From an uncultured Alphaproteobacteria bacterium (lineage in GTDB: Bacteria > Pseudomonadota > Alphaproteobacteria > Rhizobiales > Rhizobiaceae): a stretch of 64,000 bases of DNA. Under the pieces are notes generated by a model that worked only from the letters and a program-made list of their open reading frames with translations, did not search any database and had not been told where the DNA came from. Below are positions 9,559 to 19,330 of the stretch, piece by piece. Location: assembly GCA_963735385.1 (NCBI GenBank), contig CAVTKY010000023.1:51109-115108 (forward strand), read 5' to 3'. The translations under genes were made by a program, and so were the position numbers. The stretch's first letter is position 1, and each line of letters starts with the position of its first letter.

Positions 9559-10068
9559 CTATTTCGCCGCGGGCACATCTGGCAGCGCCAGCATCTGCCT
9601 CTCCAGCCCAAGGTGTTCGCACAGCGCCGCGACGATGACCTCATGATCCTGCCGTTGCGGCAAACCCGATACGGCGATGACGCCGATTGCCCCGACGCTT
9701 TTGACATTTACTGGAAAGCCGCCGCCGGCAAGTACGAAGTCATCCGGGCTAAGTCCATGACCAGGCGGGAAGGTTTTGTCCTCGCGCCCCTGTTCCAGCA
9801 CCATGCGGTAGGTGCTCTTGTGGAACATCTTCACGACATTGCGCTTGCGGCGCGCCCAGTTGGTGTTCGACGACGTCGAACCCGGCAATGCGGCATAGAA
9901 GAGCGGCCGGTCCCAAAGCTGGATGTCCACGACGATGGGGAGCTTCTCCTTGAGCGCCCTCTCGCGGATCAACGATCCAATCGCAAAAGCCGTGGCCTCG
10001 TCAAACCGGTCGAAAACCAGCGCGGCTTCCTGCTCAGCAATCCTTGCGATGTCGTCCGACGTGCTCAT
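9559..10068 (-). CDS. UPF0303 / heme-degrading-domain-like protein
   Basis: Starts MSTSDDIARIAEQEAALVFDRFD with a GGAG RBS. The C-terminal GGGFPV...GAIGVIAVSGLPQRQDHE is typical of this family. Confidence 0.7.
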   Translation of the reverse strand: MSTSDDIARIAEQEAALVFDRFDEATAFAIGSLIRERALKEKLPIVVDIQLWDRPLFYAALPGSTSSNTNWARRKRNVVKMFHKSTYRMVLEQGREDKTFPPGHGLSPDDFVLAGGGFPVNVKSVGAIGVIAVSGLPQRQDHEVIVAALCEHLGLERQMLALPDVPAAK

Positions 10069-10149
10069 TTTCTGCTCCGCATGCGATGGCATTGCTTCGC
10101 ACAAAGTCTGGCCCGCCGCCAGTCGTCACGAAGTTACCGAAACAATCCC

Positions 10150-11474
10150 TCAAGCAGCGCCTTCAGGAGCGATGACACCTTTTGCCGGTTTTCCTGCGAC
10201 ATAGACCTCTTTCACCGCACGGTCGTCGCCGAGCGTCTGCAGCAGGAAGAGTTCTTCGGCCAACGTTTCCACCGTTTCCATGCGCAACCGCATCGCCGGC
10301 GTCGCACTGGAATCGATTACGACGATATCGGCGTCGGTGCCTGTCTCAAGCGTGCCCACGCTGCCGGCGATCGACAGCGCTTCGGCGTTGCCGCGCGTAA
10401 TCTGCCAAAATGAGGCGAATGGGTTCAGCTTCTCGCCATTCAACGCGATCACCTTATAGCCCTCGTCCATCGTTCGCAGCATCGAGTAGTTGGTGCCGCC
10501 ACCGACATCCGTCGCCGCCGCGATGCGAAGCGGCTTTGCCCGCTTCCTGTAACGCTGGTAGTCGAACAGGCCCGAGCCGAGGAAAAGGTTCGATGTCGGA
10601 CAGAAAACTGCCACCGAGCGGCTGGCCGAAAGCGCATCCGCCTCACGCTCGGACAGATGGATGCAGTGTCCGATCAATGCCTTCGACCCTAGCAATCCGT
10701 AATGTTCGTAGACATCGGTGTAGTCGCGAGACCAGGGATAGAGCTCCTGCGTGAAGGCGATCTCGGCGTGGTTTTCCGACAGATGGGTCTGCATGTGCAG
10801 ATCGGGATGTTCGCGCATCAGGGCTCCCGCCATTTCCATTTGCTCCGGCGTCGACGTGATGGCGAAACGCGGCGTCACCGCGTAAAGTTGCCTGCCCTTC
10901 CCGTGCCATTCCCTGATCAGCCCCTTGCTATCGTCGTAGCCGGATTGCGGGGTGTCGCGGAGACCCTCCGGCGCGTTGCGGTCCATCATCACCTTACCGG
11001 CGATGGTGAGCATGTTGCGTTCATGCGCCTCAGCGAAGAACGCTTCGGCTGACTCCTTGTGCACCGAGCAGTACGCGGCGACAGTCGTCGTGCCGTGGCG
11101 CACCATCTCGTCAAGGAAGAGACGGGCTATCCGCCGCCCGTGCTGCGAATTGGTGAACTTGGTCTCTTCCGGAAATGTGTATTTGTTCAGCCAGTCGAGC
11201 AGTTCGGCGCCATACGACGCAATGATTTGCATCTGCGGAAAATGCGCGTGCGCATCGATGAAGCCGGGCAGCAGCAAGTGGGGACGGTGATCGATCGTTG
11301 TACGCCCTCGCCCGCCCGTTCCTTGAGATCGGCATAAGAACCCGCCGCTGTGATCTTACCGTCGCGGATGAGCAGACCCCCATCCTCCTCGTATCGATAG
11401 GCGGCTGCGTCGTCCGTGCTCTCCGGCCAGCGCAGAAATGTAAGGGTCCGGCCTCGTAGAAGTGTCTCTTTCAT
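10150..11474 (-). pseudogene. guaD: Guanine deaminase (amidohydrolase type), reading frame broken near 11297
   Basis: The N-terminal piece is MKETLLRGRTLTFLRW...ERAGEGVQ (ORF 11187..11474). The body is ...IDHRPHLLLPGFIDAHAHFPQ... (ORF 10150..11277), in the adjacent frame. Restoring one A (CAACG to CAAACG) joins them. Confidence 0.85.
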
Positions 11475-11478
11475 GCGG

Positions 11479-12696
11479 CTACTTCCGCCCTTCCTCGAAC
11501 CAGGTGGCGATCAGGGCCCGTTCCTCGGGGGTGATGGCGGTGACGTTGCCCGGCGGCATGGCATGGCTGCGTCCGGCCTGAAGGTAGATTTCGCGCGCAT
11601 GTTCGGCGATCGCCGAATCGGTTTCGAGGATCACGCCTTTCGGCGCGTGATAGATGCCCTCATAGGAAGGCTCCGCCGCATGGCACATGGCGCAGCGGCC
11701 AAGCACCGTGTCGCGGACGGCAGGAAAATGTGAGGAAGCCACAAAGGTCTCGCTTGCCGCCGAGGCCTTCGCTTCACCCGTCAGCACCTTGGGCACAGTC
11801 GAAAGCCACATAATCACGATGAAAAGGATTCCAGCTGCAAGCCATGTCCAGGTCGGATTGCCTTTGCGGGCATGCATCGTGTTGAAATAGTGCCGGATCA
11901 GCACACCCATGATGAACACCAGAGATGCGATCACCCAGTTGAATTGCGTGCCGAACGCCAGCGGGTAGTGGTTCGACAGCATCAGGAAGAGCACGGGCAA
12001 GGTGAGATAATTGTTGTGCAGCGAGCGCTGCTTCGCCTGTTTGCCGAGCGCCGGATCCGGGCTTTTCCCCGCGATCAGGTCGGCCACGACCTTTTTCTGG
12101 TTGGGAATAATGACCAGAAAGACGTTGGCCGACATGATCGTCGCTGTGAAGGCGCCGAGATGCAGGAAGGCTGCGCGTCCTGTGAAAAGCTGTGTATAGC
12201 CCCAGGCCATGAAGACCAGGGCCGCGTAGAGAACCAGCATCAGCAGCGTATCGCTCTTGCCGAGCCGCGATTTGCAGGTGAAGTCGTAAATCAGCCAGCC
12301 CACGCTCAGCGAGGCGAGCGAGATCAGGATCGCGACGATCGGGGAAACATCGAGCACGCTGCGGTCGATCAGATAGAGATCGGCGCCCGCATAGTAGACG
12401 ATACAAAGCAGCGCGAAGCCGGTCAGCCAGGTGGCATAGGATTCCCATTTGAACCAGGTCAGGTGCTCCGGCATCTCGGCCGGCGCCACCAGATATTTCT
12501 GGATATGGTAGAAGCCACCGCCATGCACCTGCCACTCTTCGCCAAACGCTCCTTCAGGCAGGCCCGGCCGCTGGCGAAGGCCGAGGTCCAGCGCCACGAA
12601 ATAGAATGACGAGCCAATCCAGGCGATACCGGTCACGACGTGCAGCCAGCGTACGCCGAAGCTCAGCCAGTCCCAGAAAATCGCAAAATCGTTCAT
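11479..12696 (-). CDS. puuD: Urate hydroxylase PuuD (integral-membrane cytochrome c urate oxidase)
   Basis: Start trimmed to MNDFAIFWDWLSFGVRWLHV, with a GAGGTGGAG RBS. It is polytopic and has a C-terminal heme-c motif CAMCH. It sits inside the purine catabolic cluster, 4 nt upstream of guaD. Confidence 0.8.
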   Translation of the reverse strand: MNDFAIFWDWLSFGVRWLHVVTGIAWIGSSFYFVALDLGLRQRPGLPEGAFGEEWQVHGGGFYHIQKYLVAPAEMPEHLTWFKWESYATWLTGFALLCIVYYAGADLYLIDRSVLDVSPIVAILISLASLSVGWLIYDFTCKSRLGKSDTLLMLVLYAALVFMAWGYTQLFTGRAAFLHLGAFTATIMSANVFLVIIPNQKKVVADLIAGKSPDPALGKQAKQRSLHNNYLTLPVLFLMLSNHYPLAFGTQFNWVIASLVFIMGVLIRHYFNTMHARKGNPTWTWLAAGILFIVIMWLSTVPKVLTGEAKASAASETFVASSHFPAVRDTVLGRCAMCHAAEPSYEGIYHAPKGVILETDSAIAEHAREIYLQAGRSHAMPPGNVTAITPEERALIATWFEEGRK

Positions 12697-12825
12697 CGCT
12701 CCACCTCGCCCCTCGGAGGTTAATTGTTGCGGTTCGCGACGTCGACTGAAAGAGCAGACATGCACGATGACTTTCAAAAAAAAATGGAAAATACTGCCTC
12801 GTACCATCGAGGATTTTGAGGTTGT

Positions 12826-13746
12826 ATGTCCTATCTCGACAACATCGCCGTCTTTGTTCGCGTCGTGGAGCTCGGCAACCTCTCGGCAGCGGGCCGGGAC
12901 ATGCGCATTTCGCCAGCCGTGGCCTCCAACCGGATCAAGGAACTGGAGAAACATCTCGGCGTTCGGCTATTCAACCGCACGACAAGGCAGTTGATGCCTA
13001 CCGAGCAAGGCACCGTCTTCTACACTGGAGCGAAACAGGTTCTCGAGGCCATCGTCGAGGCTGAGGCCGCCGTCAGCGCGCTGTCTGGCCAGCCGCGCGG
13101 CACCATCCGCGTCACCGCGCCGCTCGGGCTTGGCCGGAGGCTGATCGCTTCGGGAATTCCCGATTTCCGCGACAAATACCCGGATATCGAGGTCCGGCTG
13201 CGGCTTTCCGATCATAATGTCGACATCATGAAGGAAGGTATCGACGTCGCCTTCCGTCTCGGCGTTCTCGAGGATTCGAGCCTTCGCATGCGCGGCATCA
13301 TGGACTGCGAGCGCGTTCTTGCGGCCGCGCCCGCCTATATCGAAACGCGCGGGGAGCCGGCCGATCCAAGCGAATTGATCTCGAAGAAGCATGATTGCCT
13401 GATGCTGCGCTTTCCGGGCCTCAAGGAATATTTCTGGACGCTGAAGACGCCGGTTGGGCCGGCGAAGTTCGAGGTGCATGGGCCGTTCGATTCGGATGAT
13501 GGCGACGTGTTGACCGGTTGGGCGTTGGCCGGGCGTGGCATCGTCAACAAGCCCCGCTTCGAGGTTGAGCCCTATATCCGTGATGGCCGGCTGAGGGTAG
13601 TACTGCCTGATACGCCCCCGACGCCCGTGCAATTCGCCGCTGTATATCCGCACAAGAAGTTCCAGGATCCAAAAGTCCGCCTGCTGCTGGACTTCATGGC
13701 TGAGCGTTGCGAGCGCCTCATTCGGGATATACTGGCGGGGAAATAA
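12826..13746 (+). CDS. LysR-family transcriptional regulator (divergent from puuD)
   Basis: The N-terminal HTH is MSYLDNIAVFVRVVELGNLSAAGRDMRISPAVASNRIKELEKHLGVRLFNRTTR, followed by a LysR substrate-binding domain. Confidence 0.9.
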   Translation: MSYLDNIAVFVRVVELGNLSAAGRDMRISPAVASNRIKELEKHLGVRLFNRTTRQLMPTEQGTVFYTGAKQVLEAIVEAEAAVSALSGQPRGTIRVTAPLGLGRRLIASGIPDFRDKYPDIEVRLRLSDHNVDIMKEGIDVAFRLGVLEDSSLRMRGIMDCERVLAAAPAYIETRGEPADPSELISKKHDCLMLRFPGLKEYFWTLKTPVGPAKFEVHGPFDSDDGDVLTGWALAGRGIVNKPRFEVEPYIRDGRLRVVLPDTPPTPVQFAAVYPHKKFQDPKVRLLLDFMAERCERLIRDILAGK

Positions 13747-13777
13747 CGCGCGCGTGCAAGAGGCTCGCTTGATTTGC

Positions 13778-14776
13778 TTAAAGCTCGGTCCGGCCAGCGT
13801 TCTCCTTCGCAAGCGCCGTCATGATCTCCGCCGCCGCCAGCGCGGCGATAACGGCGGGGCGCTTGTCCTTCACGGTGCTGCCACCGATCGGAGAGACCAG
13901 CCGTTCAAAGGCTTCGTCCGTCCCGTCGGCCGTTTTGAGGAACCAGCTTCGAAACGTCGCCCTCTTCGTTTTTGAGCCGATCATGCCGACATAGGCAGCA
14001 TCGTCGCGCCGCAGCGCCTCGGCCGCGATCAGGAAATCAAGCGCATGGTCATGGGTCAAGATGACATAGGCTGACCCTGCCGGCGCGTCGCGGATCATTT
14101 CCTCAGGCACGGGCGTGAGTTTCGTTTCGGTCTCCGCCGGCATGCCTTCCAATGCATCGGCGCGCGTCTCGACGACCACCGTATGAACCGGCAGAAGCGC
14201 GAAGGCCGAGGCGAGCGCGTGACCGACGTGGCCGCCGCCGAAGACGTAGACGTGCGGACGCCTAGCGTCGTCGGTCCGCGCTTCATGAAGCAGCGTCGAT
14301 CGCAATGCCTCGTCCACCCGCCGGATAGACAGGCTGACCCGCCCGCCGCAGCACTGGCCGATTTCCGGGCCCAGCGGGATGTCGAGAGAGATGCGTCTGT
14401 CGTGGGCGTCACGCCGCCCCTCATCCCCCTTCCGGGACCTTCTCCCCGCCTGGGGGGAGAAGGAGGGTGTTCGCAACGCCGACGCCCCCCTCTCCCCGTC
14501 TACGGAGAGAGGGTAAGGGTGAGGGGCCATGTCCGAGGGGCCAACAGGGCTGTAGTCTACAGCCCGATCATCATCGGTGAGCGTCTCCCGCGCCCTGTCG
14601 ATGGCCATGAATTCCAACTGCCCACCGCCGATCGTCCCAAAAATTCCGGTCGGCGAGACCAGCATCCACGCACCCTTCTCGCGCGGGGTCGAGCCCTTTG
14701 CCTCCGCAACCTCGACCAGCGCCGCCATTGGCGACGCGTCGAGAAATGCTTTCAGGTTATGCACCAGTGAAGTCAT
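13778..14776 (-). CDS. xdhC: Xanthine dehydrogenase accessory factor XdhC, carrying an in-frame repeat-derived insertion
   Basis: Contains GTIGGGQLEF, LGPEIGQCCGGRV and FGGGHVGHAL, plus a C-terminal Rossmann-like part. The segment APHPYPLSVDGERGASALRTPSFSPQAGRRSRKGDEG is encoded by the palindromic repeat at 14417-14526. Confidence 0.85.
   Translation of the reverse strand: MTSLVHNLKAFLDASPMAALVEVAEAKGSTPREKGAWMLVSPTGIFGTIGGGQLEFMAIDRARETLTDDDRAVDYSPVGPSDMAPHPYPLSVDGERGASALRTPSFSPQAGRRSRKGDEGRRDAHDRRISLDIPLGPEIGQCCGGRVSLSIRRVDEALRSTLLHEARTDDARRPHVYVFGGGHVGHALASAFALLPVHTVVVETRADALEGMPAETETKLTPVPEEMIRDAPAGSAYVILTHDHALDFLIAAEALRRDDAAYVGMIGSKTKRATFRSWFLKTADGTDEAFERLVSPIGGSTVKDKRPAVIAALAAAEIMTALAKENAGRTEL
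14417..14526. repeat. GC-rich palindromic repeat (CCCCTCA...TGAGGGG with GGGGAGAAGG hairpins) inside the xdhC coding region
   Basis: Two hairpins: CCTTCTCCCCGCCTGGGGGGAGAAGG and CCCTCTCCCCGTCTACGGAGAGAGGG. Same family as the arms at 42151-42349. Confidence 0.8.
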
Positions 14777-14803
14777 GTCGCAGCAGTCCTAACACACGCC
14801 GGC

Positions 14804-14910
14804 CGATACAGCGCCGCGCGTCCTTTCGGACGCGCAAAGGACGCTGTATCTCTTTGTTTGAGCATCGGACTTCCCGAAACCGGTTCCCACTTTCGGGTTC
14901 GATGCTTTAG
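14804..14910. repeat. Composite palindromic repeat in the xdhB-xdhC intercistronic gap
   Basis: Hairpins GATACAGCG..GCGCGTCCTTTCGGACGCGC..GCTGTATC and GAGCATCGGACTTCCCGAAACC..ACTTTCGGGTTCGATGCT. Related modules occur at 51920-52125 and 60881-60979. Confidence 0.75.
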
Positions 14911-14948
14911 CCAGAGCCAACGATGCCGATTACGATGTAGGCCGTGCT

Positions 14949-17294
14949 CTATTTTCCGGCCTCGGCTTTCAGCCGTTCAATCGTCATCAGCACACGTTCG
15001 GGCGTTGCCGGAGCATCGAGCCGGGGGCAAATCTTGTGGTCGGCGACACTCGCCACTGCATCGGACAAGGCATGCAATACCGACATCCCCAGCATCAAAG
15101 GGGGCTCGCCGACCGCCTTGGAGCGGTGGATCGTCGGCTCGTGGTTCTGAGGCCAATCGGCCAGCGTCACGTTGAACACCTTTGGTCGGTCGGACGCCAG
15201 CGGGATTTTGTAGGTCGAGGGGGCATGTGTCCTGAGCCGTCCCTTGTCGTCCCACCACAGCTCTTCGGTGGTCAACCAGCCCATGCCTTGGATGAAGCCG
15301 CCCTCGATCTGTCCGAGGTCGATCGCCCAATTCAGTGAACGGCCTGTCTCATGCAGAATGTCGGTCCGTTCAACCATATATTCGCCGGTGAGCGTGTCGA
15401 CCGAGACTTCCGAGACCGAGGCGCCATAGGCGAAATAATAGAATGGATGGCCGCGGCCTTTGTCGCGGTCCCAATGGATTTTCGGCGTCTTGTAGAAGCC
15501 CGCCGCCGAAAGCTGGACCCGCGCCATGTAGGCCTGTTTGACCAGATCCCCAAACGGGATTTCCTGATTGCCGACGCGGACGCGGTTGGGCAGGAAGACG
15601 ATCTGGTCGAGTGGGACGCCATACTTCTCCGCCGCGAAGTCGCCGAGCCGATTGCGGATCGTGCGCGCAGCGTTGCGCGCCGCCATGCCGTTGAGATCGG
15701 ACCCGGACGAAGCGGCCGTCGCCGACGTATTCGGCACCTTGGCGGTGGTTGTCGCAGTGATTTTCACCTGATCGATGTCGATCTGGAACTCTTCCGCCAC
15801 CACCTGCGCGACTTTGACATAGAGCCCCTGCCCCATCTCGGTGCCGCCATGGTTCAGATGAACCGAACCGTCCGTATAAACGTGAACCAGCGCGCCGGCC
15901 TGATTGTAGTGCGTCGCGGTGAATGAAATGCCGAACTTCACGGGCGTCAGCGCCAGGCCACGCTTGATGATTGGGCTGTTTGTATTGAATGCCTCGATGG
16001 TCCTCCGCCGCCGCGCATAGTCGGAGCTTGCCTCCAGTTCGGAAACGATCCGCTCGATAATGTTGTCTTCCACCGTCTGGTGATACGGCGTCACATTGTG
16101 ATCGTCCGTCCCGTAGAAATTCTTCTTGCGGATTTCGAGCGTATCCTTGCCGGTCGCGAACGCGACCTCGTCGATGACACGCTCCGCGCCGACCATCCCT
16201 TGGGGGCCGCCGAAGCCGCGAAACGCCGTGTTCGAGACCGTATTGGTATAAAGGGGCGCCGACACCGCCCTGACCGCTGGGTAGAAGTAGGTGTTATCGC
16301 AGTGAAACAGGGCACGGTCCGTTACCGGTCCTGAAAGGTCGGATGAAAAGCCGCAGCGCGCGGCATAGGTGAAATCGACGCCGTGGATGGCTCCGCTGTC
16401 GTCGAACCCAACCTCGTAGTCGATCATGAAATCGTGCCGCTTGCCGGTCGCTGTCATGTCGTCGTCGCGATCGGGGCGGATTTTCACCGCCCGGCCGAGG
16501 CGCTTCGCTGCGATCGCCGCGATGGCCGCGAACTGGTTCGACTGGGTTTCCTTGCCGCCAAAGCCGCCGCCCATGCGGCGGATTTCCACCGTCACCGCAT
16601 GCGAAGGCACGCCCAGCGCGTGCGACACCATGTGCTGAACTTCGCTCGGGTGCTGCGTGGAGGAATAGACCGTTACGTCCTGATCCTCGCCGGGCACGGC
16701 CATCGCGATGTGGCCTTCGAGATAGAAATGGTCCTGGCCGCCGACGCGCATCCGCCCCTTTATGCGCCGCGGCGCGTTTGCGATCGCTGCGGCTGCATCG
16801 CCTCTCGCAAGTGTCAGCGGCGGCGTGACAAGCTTGGAGCTCACCGGATCGAGGTCGCCGATGTCGATGATTGCCGGCAATTCATCATACTTGACCTTGG
16901 CCAACTGGCAGGCGCGTCGTGCCTGCTCGCGCGTCTCGGCAATCACCGCAAAGATCGGCTGTCCGAAGAACTGCACTTTGCCGTCTGCAAGAACCGGCTC
17001 GTCGTGCCGTCCGGTTGGGCTGATGTCGTTTTCGCCGGGCACGTCGCGCGCCAACAGCACATCGACCACGCCGGGGGCTTTACGAACGGCCGATACGTCG
17101 ATCTCATGAACGGTTCCATGGGCAACGGTGGAGAGACCAAGACACCCATGCAGCGTGCCGGCCGGTTCCGGCATGTCGTCGATATAGATTGCCTGTCCCG
17201 TCACATGCTTGTGAGCGGAATCGTGACGTTGATCCGTGGCGACGCCGCCCTTGATCTTCGGCGCTTTCAGATCGAGCGTTGAATGGTTGTTCAT
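14949..17294 (-). CDS. xdhB: Xanthine dehydrogenase molybdopterin-binding large subunit XdhB
   Basis: Start trimmed to MNNHSTLDLKAPKIKGG, with a GAGAGG RBS. 781 aa with aldehyde-oxidase/xanthine-dehydrogenase a/b-hammerhead and MoCo domains (GGGFGGKE, FRGFGGPQG). Confidence 0.9.
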   Translation of the reverse strand: MNNHSTLDLKAPKIKGGVATDQRHDSAHKHVTGQAIYIDDMPEPAGTLHGCLGLSTVAHGTVHEIDVSAVRKAPGVVDVLLARDVPGENDISPTGRHDEPVLADGKVQFFGQPIFAVIAETREQARRACQLAKVKYDELPAIIDIGDLDPVSSKLVTPPLTLARGDAAAAIANAPRRIKGRMRVGGQDHFYLEGHIAMAVPGEDQDVTVYSSTQHPSEVQHMVSHALGVPSHAVTVEIRRMGGGFGGKETQSNQFAAIAAIAAKRLGRAVKIRPDRDDDMTATGKRHDFMIDYEVGFDDSGAIHGVDFTYAARCGFSSDLSGPVTDRALFHCDNTYFYPAVRAVSAPLYTNTVSNTAFRGFGGPQGMVGAERVIDEVAFATGKDTLEIRKKNFYGTDDHNVTPYHQTVEDNIIERIVSELEASSDYARRRRTIEAFNTNSPIIKRGLALTPVKFGISFTATHYNQAGALVHVYTDGSVHLNHGGTEMGQGLYVKVAQVVAEEFQIDIDQVKITATTTAKVPNTSATAASSGSDLNGMAARNAARTIRNRLGDFAAEKYGVPLDQIVFLPNRVRVGNQEIPFGDLVKQAYMARVQLSAAGFYKTPKIHWDRDKGRGHPFYYFAYGASVSEVSVDTLTGEYMVERTDILHETGRSLNWAIDLGQIEGGFIQGMGWLTTEELWWDDKGRLRTHAPSTYKIPLASDRPKVFNVTLADWPQNHEPTIHRSKAVGEPPLMLGMSVLHALSDAVASVADHKICPRLDAPATPERVLMTIERLKAEAGK

Positions 17295-17304
17295 TGTCGA
17301 CCTC

Positions 17305-18785
17305 TCACGCAGCCTTGGTACGGCTGATCTGCACGGGAGCCTTGCCGCCGGTCGTCTCGGCAAAGAAGCGGCGTAGAAGATTGCGCGCGGCGAGCATGCG
17401 GTATTCCGCCGAAGCGCGCATATCCGTCAGCGGCGTGAAATCGGTGGCATATCGGACAAGCGCCTGTTCGATCGTCTGCTCTGTCCAGGGCTTGCCAATC
17501 AACGCCTTCTCCACGGCCTTGGCGCGCTTTGGCGTTGCCGCCATGCCGCCATAAGCGATCCGGATGGACGCGACCGTACCGTTCTCGGCCACGGTGAGAT
17601 GAAACGCCCCCAGCGCCGACGTGATGTCCTCGTCCCGTCGTTTGGAAACCTTGTAGACCTCGAACCGGCTGCCTTCAGGCGGCACCGGCACATGCACCGC
17701 CTCGACGAATTCACCAGGCTGCCGGTCCTGCTTGCCATAGGCAATGAAGAACTCCTCCAGCGGAAGCGTCCGGCGCGCCGCACCCTTACGAAGCGTTAGC
17801 GTGGCGCCGAGCGCAATCAGCGGCGGCGGCGTATCACCGATCGGCGAGCCGTTGGCGATGTTGCCACCGATTGTTCCCATATTGCGAACCTGTTCGCCGC
17901 CGAGCCGGTCAAACAGCGGTCCAAATGCCGGAATCCGCTCGGAAAGCGTCGAGAAAGAGTCGGTATAGCTTACCCCCGCGCCGATCGTGATCACGCCATC
18001 CTCTTCCGAGATACAACGCATTCCTCCAGGCCGGAGATGAAGACAGCCGGCGAAATGTCGCGCATGAATTTCGTTACCCAGAGGCCGACATCGGTAGCGC
18101 CCGCGACAATGGTCGCCTTCGGCTCGGCTTCAAGGATCGCTGCAAAATCGTCGACATTTGCGGGAACCACCAGCCGGTGCTTGCCCTTGCCGATCTCCGC
18201 GCGTGTCCCGTCATTCATGGCGGCAAGCTTCTTCGCGACGGCAGCACGCTCGACCGCAAGCGGGTCTTTCGCCGCCTTCCCATAATTGGAGATGGCTTGA
18301 GCCGCCCGAACGATCGCTTCGTAGCCGGTGCAGCGGCAGAGGTTGCCCTGCAATGCCTTCTCGATTTCAGCGTCGCTCGGCTCGGGGCTGCGCATCCAGA
18401 GCCCGTAGAGCGACATCACGAAGCCCGGCGTGCAGAAACCGCATTGCGAACCGTGGAAATCCACCATCGCCTGTTGGACAGGATGCAGACCGCCATTGTT
18501 GCCGCGAAGATGTTCGACGGTCACGACATGGCATCCGTCGACCGAACCGAGGAAGCGGATGCAGGAATTCACGCTTTCATAAACGAGTTCGCCGTTTGCG
18601 AGCCGCCCCACCAGCACGGTGCAGGCGCCGCAGTCGCCCTCGGCGCAGCCTTCCTTGGAGCCGCGCAGCGATTGCCGCAACCGAAGGTAATCGAGCAGTG
18701 TCTCGTCCGGCGCAACGTCGGAAAGTTCCACTGCATCGCCGTTGAGCAGAAAGCGAATTTCGTTGCGTATTCTCACACCGGCCAT
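17305..18785 (-). pseudogene. xdhA: Xanthine dehydrogenase small subunit XdhA ([2Fe-2S] + FAD), reading frame broken near 18021
   Basis: ORF 17991..18785 holds the 2Fe-2S part (CAEGDCGACTV, CRCTGY) and the start of the FAD domain. ORF 17305..18021 continues as RCISEEDGVITIGAGV... in the adjacent frame. Restoring one A (GAATG to GAAATG) joins ...ISGLEE to MRCISEED. Confidence 0.85.
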
Positions 18786-18788
18786 GTC

Positions 18789-19154
18789 TCAGCTCCCGCG
18801 ATAGGTCGAATAGCCGTAGGGCGATATCAGAAGCGGCACATGGTAGTGCGTGTGTTCCGCCATCCCAAAACGGATCGGAACCGTATCGAGGAAGGCCGGC
18901 TCGGGAAGCCCGGCTCCGCTGGCGCGGAGATAGTCGCCGGCACGGAAAACGAGCTCGTACTCGCCCGTCTTGAATTCGTCTCCCTGCAGCAGCGGCTGGT
19001 CGCAACGGCCATCCTCGTTGGTCGACACCGTCTTCAGATGGATTCGGGCCTCGCCCTTGATTGAAAACAGGGAAACCGACAGCCCAGCGGCCGGCTTCCC
19101 GGACGCCGTATCAAGCACATGGGTGGTCAGGCGCCCGCCATCAGCTTTCGACAT
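18789..19154 (-). CDS. hiuH: 5-hydroxyisourate hydrolase (transthyretin-like)
   Basis: Begins [24 protein letters not shown] and ends with the family signature YSTYRGS. A GGGAGG RBS is present. Confidence 0.9.
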   Translation of the reverse strand: MSKADGGRLTTHVLDTASGKPAAGLSVSLFSIKGEARIHLKTVSTNEDGRCDQPLLQGDEFKTGEYELVFRAGDYLRASGAGLPEPAFLDTVPIRFGMAEHTHYHVPLLISPYGYSTYRGS

Positions 19155-19330
19155 TCTGCCTCCCTGCATTGAACGCGAACAGTCAATAGTGCGCCAATTA
19201 GATGCCATGCATAAGCCCGGAAGAAGGGGAGGACCACAAAAAGACTTTCAAAAATTTTCGAGGGAATGCTGTACAACCCCTTTCGATAGTCTTGTCCTTG
19301 AACATTCGGCAATATCGGGGTTGACATCTA

